From the NCBI GenBank assembly GCA_964495335.1, contig CAZBVF010000029.1, positions 1-43,596 on the forward strand: 43,596 bases of DNA, in the 5' to 3' direction. Below the pieces are notes generated by a model. The model made no database searches, was not told the DNA's origin, and worked only from the letters and a program-made list of their open reading frames with translations. The position numbers and the translations under genes were made by a program. Source of the stretch: an uncultured Candidatus Saccharibacteria bacterium. Its GTDB lineage: Bacteria; Patescibacteriota; Minisyncoccia; Minisyncoccales; CAZBVF01. Shown piece by piece: positions 16,526 to 26,638 of this stretch (positions are counted from its first letter, which is position 1; each line of letters begins with the position of its first letter).

Positions 16526-16534
16526 ATTATATCA
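16526..16534 (-). promoter_or_regulatory. Extended -10 (TGaTATAAT) 6 nt upstream of the ligA ATG (leaderless-type)
   Basis: Minus strand: TGA TATAAT aaaata ATG(16519). No SD. Confidence 0.55.
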
Positions 16535-16644
16535 TTCATCGCTTAAAGATTTAATGCTTGTTAAAAGGTTAAAACTATTTTATGGTATAGAAAACAACAT
16601 TTTCTTTAAAGGATCTGGAAAGATTTAGAGAAAATAATAAAAAG

Positions 16645-18711
16645 ATGAACTTAATTATAGTAGAAAGCCCGACAAAGGCAAAAACAATTGAAAAATTCTT
16701 GGGATCCGAATACAAGGTTCTTTCCTCCTACGGACACATCAGAGATCTTCCCAAAAGCAAGCTTGGCATAGAAACGGAAAAAGACTTTGAACCAAAATAC
16801 ATAACTCCCCAAAAAGCAAGAAAAGTCTTGAAGGCATTGAAGGAAAAAGCTTCTGATGCAGAAAAAATTATTCTTGCCACAGACGAAGACAGAGAAGGAG
16901 AAGCTATATCCTGGCACCTTCTCGAGTCTTTAAAGTCTTTGAAAGATAAATCTTCTTTTCAAAGGATCGCCTTTCACGAAATAACAGAAGAAGCGATAAA
17001 AAAAGCTCTGAAAAATCCGAGAGAGATAAACTTAAATCTGGTCAACTCTCAGCAAGCGCGAAGAGTTTTAGACAGACTTGTAGGATACAAACTTTCCCCC
17101 TTCCTATGGAAAAAGGTAGTTAAGGGTCTTTCTGCAGGAAGGGTTCAATCAGCAGCTTTGAAAATAGTGGTAGACAGAGAAGAAGAAAGAAGGAGCTTTA
17201 AAAAACAAGAATATTGGACAATAGAAGCTTTATTAAAAAAGGAAGAACAAAAGGACATGTTTTCTTCTTTGCTCATTGAATACAAAGACAAGAAAATAAG
17301 CAAGTTCAGTATTAAGAGTAAAAACAAAGCAGAAAAAATCGTGAAAGATTTAAAAGGTTCGGAATTTAAGGTTCAGAAAATAGAGAAAAAAGAAGTTAAA
17401 AAAAACCCTCCTCCTCCTTTTACCACTTCCTCTTTACAGCAAGAATCATGGAAAAAACTGAAACTTCCGTCTAAGATAACAATGATGACAGCCCAAAGGC
17501 TTTATGAAACAGGACTAATAACCTATCACAGAACCGATTCTCTGAGCCTTTCTTCTTTTTCTCAGCTTGCTGCTAAAAATTTAATAGAAAAAGACTACGG
17601 AAAAGAATACTGGCCCGGCTTTAGCAGAAAATACAAAACAAAGAGCAAGACAGCTCAAGAAGCTCACGAGGCTATAAGACCCAGTATGCCTGAAAAAAAA
17701 CCGGAAAACTTAAAAAACAAACTGGAGAAAAACCAATACCTTCTTTATAATCTTATTTGGAAAAGATTCATGGCTTGCCAAATGAGCCAAGCTATTTTTG
17801 AGGCAGTTTCGGTAGACATTTCAGCAAAAGATTCCCTCTTCAGATCTTCAGGTCAAACCCTCAGATTTGACGGATTTTTAAAAGTTTACAAGACAAAATT
17901 CAAAGAAGAAAACATCCCTTTATTAGAAAAAGATGAGACTCTCAAACTTTTAAAATTAAATCCTGCTCAGCATTTTACCCAGCCTCCCTCAAGATACACG
18001 GAAGCAACCCTTATTAAAGCTCTTGAAAAAGAAGGAATAGGGCGCCCTTCAACATATGCTCCTATCATTTCAACTATTCAGGCAAGGAACTATATAGAGA
18101 AAGACGAAAATAGAAAATTCAAACCGACAGAGATAGGAGAACTGGTAAGCAATGTATTAAAAAAGCATTTTCCGAAAATAGTAAACCTGAAATTTACCGC
18201 CCAAATGGAAAAAAATCTGGATAAGATCGCCTCGGGCGAAAAAAAATGGGTCCCCGTTATAAGAGAATTCTATACTCCTTTTGAAAAAAATCTTGAAAAA
18301 AAATATCAGGAGGTTTCAAAGAAAGACTTAGCAGAACAAAAAACCGATAAAGTCTGCCCCAAGTGCGGATCTCCAATAGTTCTCAAAATGGGAAGATTCG
18401 GCAAGTTTTATGCCTGTTCTAATTTCCCCGAATGCAAATACACAGAACCGGCAAAAGATAATAAGATAGGAGTAAAATGTCCTAAGTGCGGATCAGAAAT
18501 AATAGAGAAAAAGACAAGAAAAGGAAAAACTTTTTGGAGCTGTTCCAACTGGCCAAAGTGCGACTATGCTTCTTGGGACAAACCCACAAAAGAAAAATGT
18601 CCGAAGTGCGGATCTATGTTATTGGAAGGAAAAAGAGGAAAAATAATCTGTTCAAATAAAGAATGCGATTATAAAAAATATGGCAGCAGGGATAATAAAA
18701 AAGATATTTAA
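16645..18711 (+). CDS. topA: DNA topoisomerase I
   Basis: TOPRIM (LIIVESPTKAKTI, ATDEDREGEAISWH), active-site region GLITYHRTDS and several C-terminal CxxC...CxxC zinc ribbons. Confidence 0.95.
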   Translation: MNLIIVESPTKAKTIEKFLGSEYKVLSSYGHIRDLPKSKLGIETEKDFEPKYITPQKARKVLKALKEKASDAEKIILATDEDREGEAISWHLLESLKSLKDKSSFQRIAFHEITEEAIKKALKNPREINLNLVNSQQARRVLDRLVGYKLSPFLWKKVVKGLSAGRVQSAALKIVVDREEERRSFKKQEYWTIEALLKKEEQKDMFSSLLIEYKDKKISKFSIKSKNKAEKIVKDLKGSEFKVQKIEKKEVKKNPPPPFTTSSLQQESWKKLKLPSKITMMTAQRLYETGLITYHRTDSLSLSSFSQLAAKNLIEKDYGKEYWPGFSRKYKTKSKTAQEAHEAIRPSMPEKKPENLKNKLEKNQYLLYNLIWKRFMACQMSQAIFEAVSVDISAKDSLFRSSGQTLRFDGFLKVYKTKFKEENIPLLEKDETLKLLKLNPAQHFTQPPSRYTEATLIKALEKEGIGRPSTYAPIISTIQARNYIEKDENRKFKPTEIGELVSNVLKKHFPKIVNLKFTAQMEKNLDKIASGEKKWVPVIREFYTPFEKNLEKKYQEVSKKDLAEQKTDKVCPKCGSPIVLKMGRFGKFYACSNFPECKYTEPAKDNKIGVKCPKCGSEIIEKKTRKGKTFWSCSNWPKCDYASWDKPTKEKCPKCGSMLLEGKRGKIICSNKECDYKKYGSRDNKKDI

Positions 18712-20845
18712 AAGTTCTCCCGGAAAAGACCTAATAGAAAGAGCACACCATTTTGCAGAAGAAGCTCACAGAGGACAAAAAAGAGCCTCGGGAGAAAACT
18801 ACATCTCCCACCCGGAAAAGGTGGCTGAAATTTTGAGCAGAACAAACCTTGACGCTCAAACAATAGCAGCTGCTTATCTTCATGATGTCCCCGAAGACAC
18901 CAACAAAACCTTGAAAGATATTGAAAAAGAATTCGGGAAAGAAATAGCTTTCTTGGTTGACGGAGTAAGCAAGCTGGGGAAATTAAGATATCCCAAAAAA
19001 GGACTACAAGTAAAAAACATAGAAAGCAGAGAAGATTCTCCCATTGATTTGAGGGCAGAAAGCTTGAGAAAAATGTTTTTTGCTATGGCAGAAGACTTAA
19101 GGGTAATTTTAATAAAACTTGCAGACAGGCTTCATAATATGCAAACTCTCGAATTCCTGCCGAAAGAAAAAAGGGAAAGAATCGCACTTGAGACTCTGGA
19201 AATATTCGCACCGCTGGCAAACAGGTTGGGAATGGGAGAAATGAAAGGACAGCTTGAAGACCTTGCTTTTCCTTATCTTTATCCAAAAGAATACAAATGG
19301 TTAACCGAAAATATAGGAGAAGAATATGAAGAAAGAAAAAAATACTTAAAAAGAGTAGAAATTGAACTCAAGAGAATACTTAAAAAAGAGGGCATAAGGC
19401 CGATCAATATCCATGCCAGAGCAAAGCATTATTGGAGCTTATATCAAAAACTTTTAAAGCACGACATGGATTTGAATAAAATATATGACATAGTTGCTTT
19501 AAGAATTATTTTAAAAGACGTTGAGTCTTGCTACAAAACATTAGGGTCCATACATAAATATTGGAAACCTCTTCCCGGAAGGATAAAAGACTATATCGCT
19601 CTTCCAAAACCAAACGAATACAGAGCTCTTCACACAACCGTTTTTTGCATAGAAGGAAAAATAACCGAATTTCAAATAAAAACGGAAAAAATGCATCAGG
19701 AGGCAGAAAACGGAATCTGTGCCCACTGGGCAAAAAAAGAAAAAATCGGATTTAAAAAAGAAATAAAAAAATTTGCCTGGGTCTCCCAATTAAGGGACTG
19801 GCAGGAAGAAGTTACAAAAAATAAAGATTTTTGGGAGGGTTTGAAAATTGATTTTTTTAAAAATAGAATATTTGTCTTCACTCCCAAAGGAGAGGTTGTA
19901 GATCTGCCCGAAGACGCTTCTCCGATTGACTTTGCTTATCAGATTCACAGCGAAATCGGAGATCATTGTGCCGGAGCAAAAATAAACAAAAAAATGAAAT
20001 CTCTTTCAACTCCTCTCAAAAACGGAGACGAAGTTGAAATAATAACCGATCCTTCCCAAAAACCATCCAGAAGCTGGATTGACTTTACTAAAACCAGCAT
20101 GGCCAAATCAAGAATCAAGTCTTTTTTAAAAAAAGAATCAAGGCCAAAAAATCTTAGAAGAGGAAAAGAAATAATAGACGAAACTTTAAAAGAATTTAAA
20201 AAACCGGCCTTTCAAAAAATATCCAAAGAAGAAAAAGAAAAAGTTTTAAAACAATTCGGGGAAGACAATATCGACGAAATCATGATTTCAATCGGGGAAG
20301 GAGAAATTTCTCCAAGAGAAATATTAAAGATTCTCTTCGACGAAAAAGACCTTTTTGGAAAGGAAGAAAAGAGAAAAGAAACGAAAAAGATTCCTCAGGA
20401 AAAAGGGATTATCTTAGCAGGAGAGAGCGGAATCAAATTAAAAATTGCCAAATGCTGCCTTCCATCCCCAAGCCATGAAATAGAAGGATATGTCACGAAA
20501 GGAGAAGGAGCAACAATACATAGAAAGAACTGTGAGAATCTGGAAAGATTAAGAAAGAAACACCCGGAGAGAATTATAGAGGCCCATTGGAAAAAGGAAA
20601 ATCTTTTTCCCGTTTCCTTGAAGCTAGAAGCTGAAGAAAGGAAAGATATAATAAAAGATATAACAATCTCTTTCAGCGAAGCTAAAGCAGATATTGAAAA
20701 AATCAAATCACAATTAAAAAAAGATGGGAAAACCATCATTGTTAGAATTGAAACCAAAGTTTCGGGATTAAGCCAGCTGAATGAAATTAGTTATAAATTA
20801 AAAGAATTAAACGGCGTTAAAAGCGTGAGGAAAATTAACTCTTAA
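18680..20845 (+). CDS. relA: Bifunctional (p)ppGpp synthetase/hydrolase (RelA/SpoT homologue)
   Basis: HD hydrolase domain (HRGQKRASGENYISHPEKVA, LHDVPEDT), synthetase domain (YRALHTTV), then TGS, a CC/zinc region and a C-terminal ACT-like domain. Overlaps the topA 3' end by 32 nt. Confidence 0.92.
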   Translation: MAAGIIKKIFKSSPGKDLIERAHHFAEEAHRGQKRASGENYISHPEKVAEILSRTNLDAQTIAAAYLHDVPEDTNKTLKDIEKEFGKEIAFLVDGVSKLGKLRYPKKGLQVKNIESREDSPIDLRAESLRKMFFAMAEDLRVILIKLADRLHNMQTLEFLPKEKRERIALETLEIFAPLANRLGMGEMKGQLEDLAFPYLYPKEYKWLTENIGEEYEERKKYLKRVEIELKRILKKEGIRPINIHARAKHYWSLYQKLLKHDMDLNKIYDIVALRIILKDVESCYKTLGSIHKYWKPLPGRIKDYIALPKPNEYRALHTTVFCIEGKITEFQIKTEKMHQEAENGICAHWAKKEKIGFKKEIKKFAWVSQLRDWQEEVTKNKDFWEGLKIDFFKNRIFVFTPKGEVVDLPEDASPIDFAYQIHSEIGDHCAGAKINKKMKSLSTPLKNGDEVEIITDPSQKPSRSWIDFTKTSMAKSRIKSFLKKESRPKNLRRGKEIIDETLKEFKKPAFQKISKEEKEKVLKQFGEDNIDEIMISIGEGEISPREILKILFDEKDLFGKEEKRKETKKIPQEKGIILAGESGIKLKIAKCCLPSPSHEIEGYVTKGEGATIHRKNCENLERLRKKHPERIIEAHWKKENLFPVSLKLEAEERKDIIKDITISFSEAKADIEKIKSQLKKDGKTIIVRIETKVSGLSQLNEISYKLKELNGVKSVRKINS

Positions 20846-21710
20846 ATTTTTTAAGAAAACTTTCGGCTTCTTTTTTATCCTTAAAAGGAATAATTAATTT
20901 CGGACGGCCTGAAGAAACACCTATTTTTAAGGTTTTAAAAGGAATTATTTCTTTGAACCTTTTTTCTAAATCTTCAAATTCTTTATTTTTTATTCCAGTT
21001 TTTCCTTTAATTCTTCCGCTGGCATCATTTATTCTTTGAGCAAAAGCTTCAGAGTCTCTGACACTTAACCCTTCTTTAATAATTTTTTCAAAAAGACTCT
21101 CTTTCTTGTCATTTTCCTTTAATCCCATTATCACTTTTGCATGTCCTTCGCTTATCTTCTTTTCTTTAATCCCCTGTTTTACTTTTTCCGGCAATTTAAG
21201 GATTCTAAGGCTGTTGGCAACCGCTTCTCTGCTCATACTACACACTTTTGCAATATCTTTTTGTATTAATCCAAATTCTTCCTGAAGTCTCAAAAAAGCT
21301 TCTGCTTTTTCAATCGGATTCAAATCTGATCTCTGAACATTTTCAATTATAGAAATTTCAAGTTCTTCTCTTTCTGTAGGTTCTTTTACAATAACGGGAA
21401 CTTCGGTTAATCCGGCCATTCTGGCTGAAAGATATCTCCTTTCCCCAGCAATAAGCCTATATTCCGCTTTTCCTTCTTTTTGAACTCTGCTGGCTATAAG
21501 GGGCTGGATTATCCCATAACTCCTTATTGACTCTGCAAGTTCTTTTAAATCTTCCTTCTTAAAATCTTTTCTGGGCTGGGAAGGATTTGGTTTCACTTTG
21601 TCAATTTCAATATAAAAAATAGCCTCTTTTTTGCCTTTTGAGTCAGTTTTAACTTTAATATTTTTTTTAGGAATTAAAGATTCAATTCCTTTTCCAAAAT
21701 TTGAACTCAT
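20835..21710 (-). CDS. parB: Chromosome partitioning protein ParB
   Basis: NPSQPRKDF, GIIQPLI and AGERRYLSARMAGL (ParB box) plus an HTH (IAKVCSMSREAVANSLRIL). Downstream of parA. Confidence 0.92.
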   Translation of the reverse strand: MSSNFGKGIESLIPKKNIKVKTDSKGKKEAIFYIEIDKVKPNPSQPRKDFKKEDLKELAESIRSYGIIQPLIASRVQKEGKAEYRLIAGERRYLSARMAGLTEVPVIVKEPTEREELEISIIENVQRSDLNPIEKAEAFLRLQEEFGLIQKDIAKVCSMSREAVANSLRILKLPEKVKQGIKEKKISEGHAKVIMGLKENDKKESLFEKIIKEGLSVRDSEAFAQRINDASGRIKGKTGIKNKEFEDLEKRFKEIIPFKTLKIGVSSGRPKLIIPFKDKKEAESFLKKFKS

Positions 21711-21715
21711 AAAAA

Positions 21716-22501
21716 TTATCTAAATAAGTTTTCTTTTTTATCTTCTCCTTTTATTAATTCGTCGGCCAATTCTCTATAAGCGGTAACCGCTTTGCAGTGA
21801 GGTGCGTATTTTAAAATAGGGATTCCTTTTCTCGGAGCTTCAGCCAACTTTACGCTTCTCGGAATAACGCTGTCAAAAACATAGCCCGGGAAATTTCTCC
21901 TTATCTCTTTTGCAACTTCTCGGGAAAGACGATTTCCCCTATTATACATTGTCATTAAAGCCCCTGCAATTTTTAAATCTTTTCCAATATTGTCTCTAAC
22001 CAACTCAACTGTTGAAAGAAGCTGACCCAGTCCTTCAAGAGCCAAATATTCGCACTGAACAGGTATTAAAACTTCATCTGATGCTACGAGACCGTTTAGA
22101 GTAAGCAAGTCAAGGCTCGGCGGTAAATCTATTAGAACATAATCATAATTATTTTTCACCTTGTTAACAATCTCCTGAAGCTTAAACTCCCTATTTTTCA
22201 TTCCGACTAATTCTATTACTGCTCCCGCCAAATCGGCAGAAGAAGGAATTATCTCGTAACCAAAAAAATTGGTTTTCTGTATAATGGATTCCGGTTCAAT
22301 CTGCCCCACAAGACTATGGTAAACAGACAAAGGAACATTTTTAGGATTAATGCCGAGAGAAAAAGTAGCATTGGCCTGATGATCAAAATCAATTAAGAGA
22401 ACTTTCTTTCCCTTAGCAACAAGAAAAACGGGGAGGTTGACAGAAACATTAGTTTTTCCCACCCCTCCCTTGTTATTAGCAAGGCAAATTACTCTTGTCA
22501 T
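21716..22501 (-). CDS. parA: Chromosome partitioning ATPase ParA/Soj
   Basis: Deviant Walker A NNKGGVGKT, plus LLIDFDHQANAT and DYVLIDLPPSL. Confidence 0.92.
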   Translation of the reverse strand: MTRVICLANNKGGVGKTNVSVNLPVFLVAKGKKVLLIDFDHQANATFSLGINPKNVPLSVYHSLVGQIEPESIIQKTNFFGYEIIPSSADLAGAVIELVGMKNREFKLQEIVNKVKNNYDYVLIDLPPSLDLLTLNGLVASDEVLIPVQCEYLALEGLGQLLSTVELVRDNIGKDLKIAGALMTMYNRGNRLSREVAKEIRRNFPGYVFDSVIPRSVKLAEAPRKGIPILKYAPHCKAVTAYRELADELIKGEDKKENLFR

Positions 22502-22507
22502 AGCTTA

Positions 22508-22516
22508 ATTTTAGCA
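22508..22516 (-). promoter_or_regulatory. Extended -10 (TGcTAAAAT) 6 nt upstream of the parA ATG (leaderless-type)
   Basis: Minus strand: TGC TAAAAT taagct ATG(22501). No SD. Confidence 0.5.
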
Positions 22517-22580
22517 CCGTAAAAGCAAATTTACAAATCACGATAAATCTGGTAAGTTTAAGAATAAGACCAACAATTAC

Positions 22581-22665
22581 GGGGATGTGTTGGAACCAGG
22601 TAGACAAAGAGGTCTCAAAAACCTCTGGACGCAAGTCCGTGAGGGTTCGATTCCCTCCATCCCCA
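22581..22665 (+). tRNA. tRNA-Leu (anticodon CAA), class II with long variable arm; CCA not encoded
   Basis: Hand-folded cloverleaf. Acceptor GGGGATG/CATCCCC, 3-bp D stem, anticodon stem GAGGT/ACCTC with loop CT-CAA-AA, variable arm GGAC-gcaa-GTCC, and T arm GAGGG-TTCGATT-CCCTC with discriminator A. Confidence 0.93.
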
Positions 22666-22674
22666 CAGATTTAT

Positions 22675-23352
22675 ATGTCCAGAAAGAAACTGCCCGATAA
22701 AAATTTTAAATGGACACCGGATCTTGCTTATGCAATAGGATTAATCACTACTGACGGATGCCTTTCTGGTGATGGTCGGCATATAATAATGAGATCATCT
22801 GATTTAGAATTATTAAAAACCTTTAAAAATTGTTTGCTCTTATCAAATAAAATAAAGAAAACTGCTCGTAGTGGCTGGGCAAAGAAACCTTCTTATAAAG
22901 TTCAGTTTGGCAATGTCCAATTATATCGATGGTTTCTTAAGATCGGGCTAACTCCTAAAAAAAGTTACACAATTAGCGAAATAAAAATCCCTGATAAGTA
23001 CTTTCCTGATTTTCTTAGGGGACACTTAGATGGAGATGGCTCAGTTTGGACATATAAAGATTATTATAATACATTTAAAAACCAAAAATATATTTATGAT
23101 CGCCTATGGGTTCGATTTATTTCCGCAAGTAAAAACCACATTGAATGGTTAAGAAAAAGTATTTTTAGATTAATAGGTTTAAAGGGGCGTCTTTACGAAA
23201 GAAAACCCAAAAGACCTGACCAAAAAACAAGCATATGGGAAATAAGATTTGCAAAAAAGGACTCAATTAAAATATTGTCTTGGTTGTACTACTTACCAAA
23301 TATTCCATGCTTGAGACGAAAAAGAGAAATTGCAGAAAAATTTATTAAATAA
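22675..23352 (+). CDS. Double-motif LAGLIDADG homing endonuclease (free-standing)
   Basis: Two LAGLIDADG motifs: LAYAIGLITTDGCL and FLRGHLDGDGSV. ATG at 22675; the track's N-terminal extension (22585) merely reads through the tRNA. Confidence 0.88.
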   Translation: MSRKKLPDKNFKWTPDLAYAIGLITTDGCLSGDGRHIIMRSSDLELLKTFKNCLLLSNKIKKTARSGWAKKPSYKVQFGNVQLYRWFLKIGLTPKKSYTISEIKIPDKYFPDFLRGHLDGDGSVWTYKDYYNTFKNQKYIYDRLWVRFISASKNHIEWLRKSIFRLIGLKGRLYERKPKRPDQKTSIWEIRFAKKDSIKILSWLYYLPNIPCLRRKREIAEKFIK

Positions 23353-23395
23353 AATATAATTCTCAGATTAAAGAATAAAACCTATTTTTTATCCC

Positions 23396-24241
23396 ATGAT
23401 TATAGACACGCACACCCATTTAAATCTTAACGCTTTTAAGGAAGATTCCTTAAAAATTATTGAGAAATGCTTAGAAAATAATATCTGGATGGTAAACATA
23501 GGAACCCAATACGAAACAAGCAAAAAAGCAATACAAATAGCTGAAAACTACAAAGAGGGAGTTTATGCTTCCGTAGGACTGCACCCTATAAACTTGGAGA
23601 CGGGACTGGTTAAAATTAAAACGGACCCGGAAGAAGGAGGCTCAAGGGAAGAATTTTTTGATTATGAAAAATATAAAGAATTAGCATCAAAAAACAAGGT
23701 TGTAGCAATTGGAGAAATAGGTCTTGACTATTATTGGAAACCAAAAACAACTAAGAAAAAAAATCTTTTTAAAGAAAAACAAAAAGAACTTTTATCCCAG
23801 CAGTTAAAATTGGCAAAAGAATTGAAATTACCTGTAATATTTCATTGCCGAATGGCCCACGAAGACATGATAAATCTCTTAAAAGAAAAAGAAGACTTAA
23901 AGCCTCAAAAAGCAGTCGCTCACGGATTTGTAGGAACAGAAAAAGAACTCAAGGAATATTTAGATCTTGGCTTCTATGTAGGAATTAACGGAATAATATT
24001 TAAAGAAATAGAAGGAATTGATTTTGAGAAAAACATCAAAGAAATTCCTTTGGAAAAAATAGTTTTTGAAACCGACGCCCCTTATTTAACTCCCCCTCCT
24101 TTTCAAGGAAAAAGAAATGAGCCTTCTTTCTTAAAATATATAATTCAAAAAACAGCAGAAATAAAAAATATTCCTTTTGAGGAAATGTCAAAAATTTCTT
24201 TTGAAAACGCAACAAAATTATTTAATATTCCAAAACAATGA
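23396..24241 (+). CDS. tatD: TatD-family metal-dependent DNase/hydrolase
   Basis: IIDTHTHLN, AIGEIGLDYYW, PVIFHCR and ETDAPYLTP. Confidence 0.9.
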   Translation: MIIDTHTHLNLNAFKEDSLKIIEKCLENNIWMVNIGTQYETSKKAIQIAENYKEGVYASVGLHPINLETGLVKIKTDPEEGGSREEFFDYEKYKELASKNKVVAIGEIGLDYYWKPKTTKKKNLFKEKQKELLSQQLKLAKELKLPVIFHCRMAHEDMINLLKEKEDLKPQKAVAHGFVGTEKELKEYLDLGFYVGINGIIFKEIEGIDFEKNIKEIPLEKIVFETDAPYLTPPPFQGKRNEPSFLKYIIQKTAEIKNIPFEEMSKISFENATKLFNIPKQ

Positions 24242-26634
24242 CTTACGATCACAAAAAAATAGAAAAAAAATGGCAAAAACACTGGAAGGAAAAAGAATTT
24301 TTCCAAGCAGAGGATTTCTCCGAAAAACCAAAAAAATATATTCTCTTTGAATTTCCCTATCCTTCCGGAGACGGGCTTCATGTGGGACACACAAGAAGCT
24401 ATTCTGCTTTAGACGCAATAGCAAGAAAAAAAAGAATGGAAGGATTTAATGTTCTTTTCCCCATAGGATGGGATGCTTTCGGACTGCCCGCTGAAAATTA
24501 CGCCATTAAAACAGGAACCCACCCCAAAGAAGCAACCGAAAAAAACATCTCTAACTTTAAAAGACAGCTTGAAAGCATCGGCATGTCTCTTGACTGGGAA
24601 AGAGAAATTAATACAACCGATCCCAAATATTACAAGTGGACTCAATGGATATTCTTGAAACTTTTAGAAAACGACATGGCCTATCAATCAGAAATTCCCA
24701 TTAACTGGTGTCCCTCTTGCAAAACTGGATTAGCAAACGAAGAAGTAGTTTCGGGAAAATGCGAGAGATGCGGGACTCAAGTAGAAAGAAAAACAATTAA
24801 ACAATGGATGCTAAAAATCACAAAGTATGCTGACAGACTCATAGAAGATCTAAATGACGTTGAATATCCGGAAAGGGTTAAACTCCAGCAAATAAACTGG
24901 ATTGGGAAAAGCAAAGGAGTGGAAATAACTTTTAATTTAAAAGACTCCGAAGAAAAGATTAATGTTTTTACAACAAGAGCAGATACTCTTTTCGGAGTAA
25001 CAGCTCTTGTTTTAGCTCCGGAACATAAAATTGTATCTTCTCTGAAAGAAAAAGTTTCCAACAAAAAAGAAGTTGAAGAATATATAAAAGAATCAAAGAG
25101 AAAAAGTGAGTTTGAAAGAACCGAGCTGAGCAAGGAAAAAACAGGAATTGAGTTGAAAGGAATAAAAGCACTCAATCCCCTAAGTGAGGAAGAAGTTCCG
25201 GTTTGGGTTGGAGATTACGTTGTTTCAACTTATGGAGGCGGAGCTGTTATGGTAGTTCCCGCTCATGACTTCAGAGACTACGAATTTGCTCAAAAAAAAG
25301 GAATAGAAATAAGAGAAGTTGTATCAGGAGGAGATGTTTCAAAAGAAGCTTTTGTTAATTACGGAAAATTGATAAATTCTAATCAATTTAACGACTTGGA
25401 AAGCAAAGAGGCAATAAAAAAAATATCAGAAAAATTAAAAGAAAAAGGCTTGGGAAAAGAAAAAGTGAATTACAAGTTGAGAGACTGGATCTTCTCGAGA
25501 CAGCATTACTGGGGAGAGCCTATTCCTGTTATTCATTGTCCTAAATGCGGAACGGTTCCTGTTCCCGAAAAAGACCTTCCCGTTGAACTCCCCTATATTA
25601 AAAAATACCAGCCTACCGACACCGGAGAATCTCCATTGGCTTCTGTTGAAGAATGGGTTAATACGACTTGTCCCAAATGCGGGAGTCCGGCCAAGAGAGA
25701 AACAGATACTATGCCAAATTGGGCAGGATCTAACTGGTATTATATGAGATATATTGACCCTGATAATAACAAACAGATAGTTGACCCCGAAAAACTTAAA
25801 TATTGGATGCCCGTTGACTGGTATAACGGAGGAATGGAACACACAACACTGCATCTTCTTTACTCCAGATTTATCTATAAATTCCTCTATGATATCGGGA
25901 TATCCCCCCAGAAAGAACCTTATAAAAAAAGAACCTGTCACGGAATAGTTTTGGCTGAAGACGGAAGAAAAATGTCGAAGTCATTTGGCAACGTAATCAA
26001 TCCAGACAATATTATAAAACAGTTCGGAGCAGACACTTTAAGAATTTATGAAATGTTTATGGGACCTTTTGACCAGGCAATATCATGGAGCAACGAAGGA
26101 GTTAAAGGCTGCTACAAGTTTTTAAAAAAAGTTTGGAGCTTAATCAAAGAAAGGGAACCTGACGAAGAAAGCAGTAAAGAGGTATTAAAAGGCCTCAATA
26201 AACTCATCAAGAAAATAGGAGAAGATATGGAAGAAATGAAATTTAATACAGCAATAGCCTCTTTTATGGAATTTATTAATCTCTGCTCCAAAGAAAAGAT
26301 AAGTAAAGAAGAAAGAGACAAAATTATTATTCTTCTTTCCCCTTTCGCTCCCCACATGTCAGAAGAATTATGGCAAGAAACAGGACATGAAAAAAGTATT
26401 ACCCTTGAAAAATGGCCCGAATACGAAGAAAAATTCTTAAAAGAAGACCTCACAAACCTTATCATTCAAATAAACGGAAAGTTAAGAGACAAGGTTGACG
26501 TTGATTCTAATATCTCAAAAGAAAAAGCTCAAAAATTAGCATTAGAAAGGGAAAAAGTCAAAAAGTGGACACAGGAAAAAGAAATAAAAAAAATAATATT
26601 CGTTCCCGGAAAATTAATCAATATCGTTCTCTAA
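24238..26634 (+). CDS. leuS: Leucyl-tRNA synthetase
   Basis: PYPSGDGLHVGH (HIGH), CP1 editing domain TTRADTLFGVTALVLAPEH, and KMSKSFGN. ATGA overlap with tatD. Confidence 0.96.
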   Translation: MTYDHKKIEKKWQKHWKEKEFFQAEDFSEKPKKYILFEFPYPSGDGLHVGHTRSYSALDAIARKKRMEGFNVLFPIGWDAFGLPAENYAIKTGTHPKEATEKNISNFKRQLESIGMSLDWEREINTTDPKYYKWTQWIFLKLLENDMAYQSEIPINWCPSCKTGLANEEVVSGKCERCGTQVERKTIKQWMLKITKYADRLIEDLNDVEYPERVKLQQINWIGKSKGVEITFNLKDSEEKINVFTTRADTLFGVTALVLAPEHKIVSSLKEKVSNKKEVEEYIKESKRKSEFERTELSKEKTGIELKGIKALNPLSEEEVPVWVGDYVVSTYGGGAVMVVPAHDFRDYEFAQKKGIEIREVVSGGDVSKEAFVNYGKLINSNQFNDLESKEAIKKISEKLKEKGLGKEKVNYKLRDWIFSRQHYWGEPIPVIHCPKCGTVPVPEKDLPVELPYIKKYQPTDTGESPLASVEEWVNTTCPKCGSPAKRETDTMPNWAGSNWYYMRYIDPDNNKQIVDPEKLKYWMPVDWYNGGMEHTTLHLLYSRFIYKFLYDIGISPQKEPYKKRTCHGIVLAEDGRKMSKSFGNVINPDNIIKQFGADTLRIYEMFMGPFDQAISWSNEGVKGCYKFLKKVWSLIKEREPDEESSKEVLKGLNKLIKKIGEDMEEMKFNTAIASFMEFINLCSKEKISKEERDKIIILLSPFAPHMSEELWQETGHEKSITLEKWPEYEEKFLKEDLTNLIIQINGKLRDKVDVDSNISKEKAQKLALEREKVKKWTQEKEIKKIIFVPGKLINIVL

Positions 26635-26638
26635 TTTT

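Noticed and set aside
20835-20845. 11-nt convergent overlap of the rel and parB 3' ends; 32-nt overlap of topA and rel
   Set aside because: Such overlaps are ordinary in very compact genomes, and no additional structure was seen.
22581-23395. Group I intron or intron-containing tRNA as host of the LAGLIDADG ORF
   Set aside because: The tRNA cloverleaf is uninterrupted. Only 9 nt upstream and 43 nt downstream of the ORF are non-coding, too little for a ribozyme core.
24409-26465. Antisense ORFs inside leuS (78-168 aa), plus similar antisense or off-frame ORFs inside ftsZ, ftsA, ileS, the PP-loop gene, rel and others in the track
   Set aside because: These are typical shadow ORFs opposite K/E-rich AT-rich genes. 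Their translations are F/L/S-rich with no motifs, and each is fully nested within a well-supported gene.
26635-26638. glmS ribozyme upstream of glmS; T-box leaders upstream of hisS, leuS, metG, glyQS
   Set aside because: All these genes start within 0-10 nt of the preceding gene or directly after a -10 box, so there is no space for such leaders.
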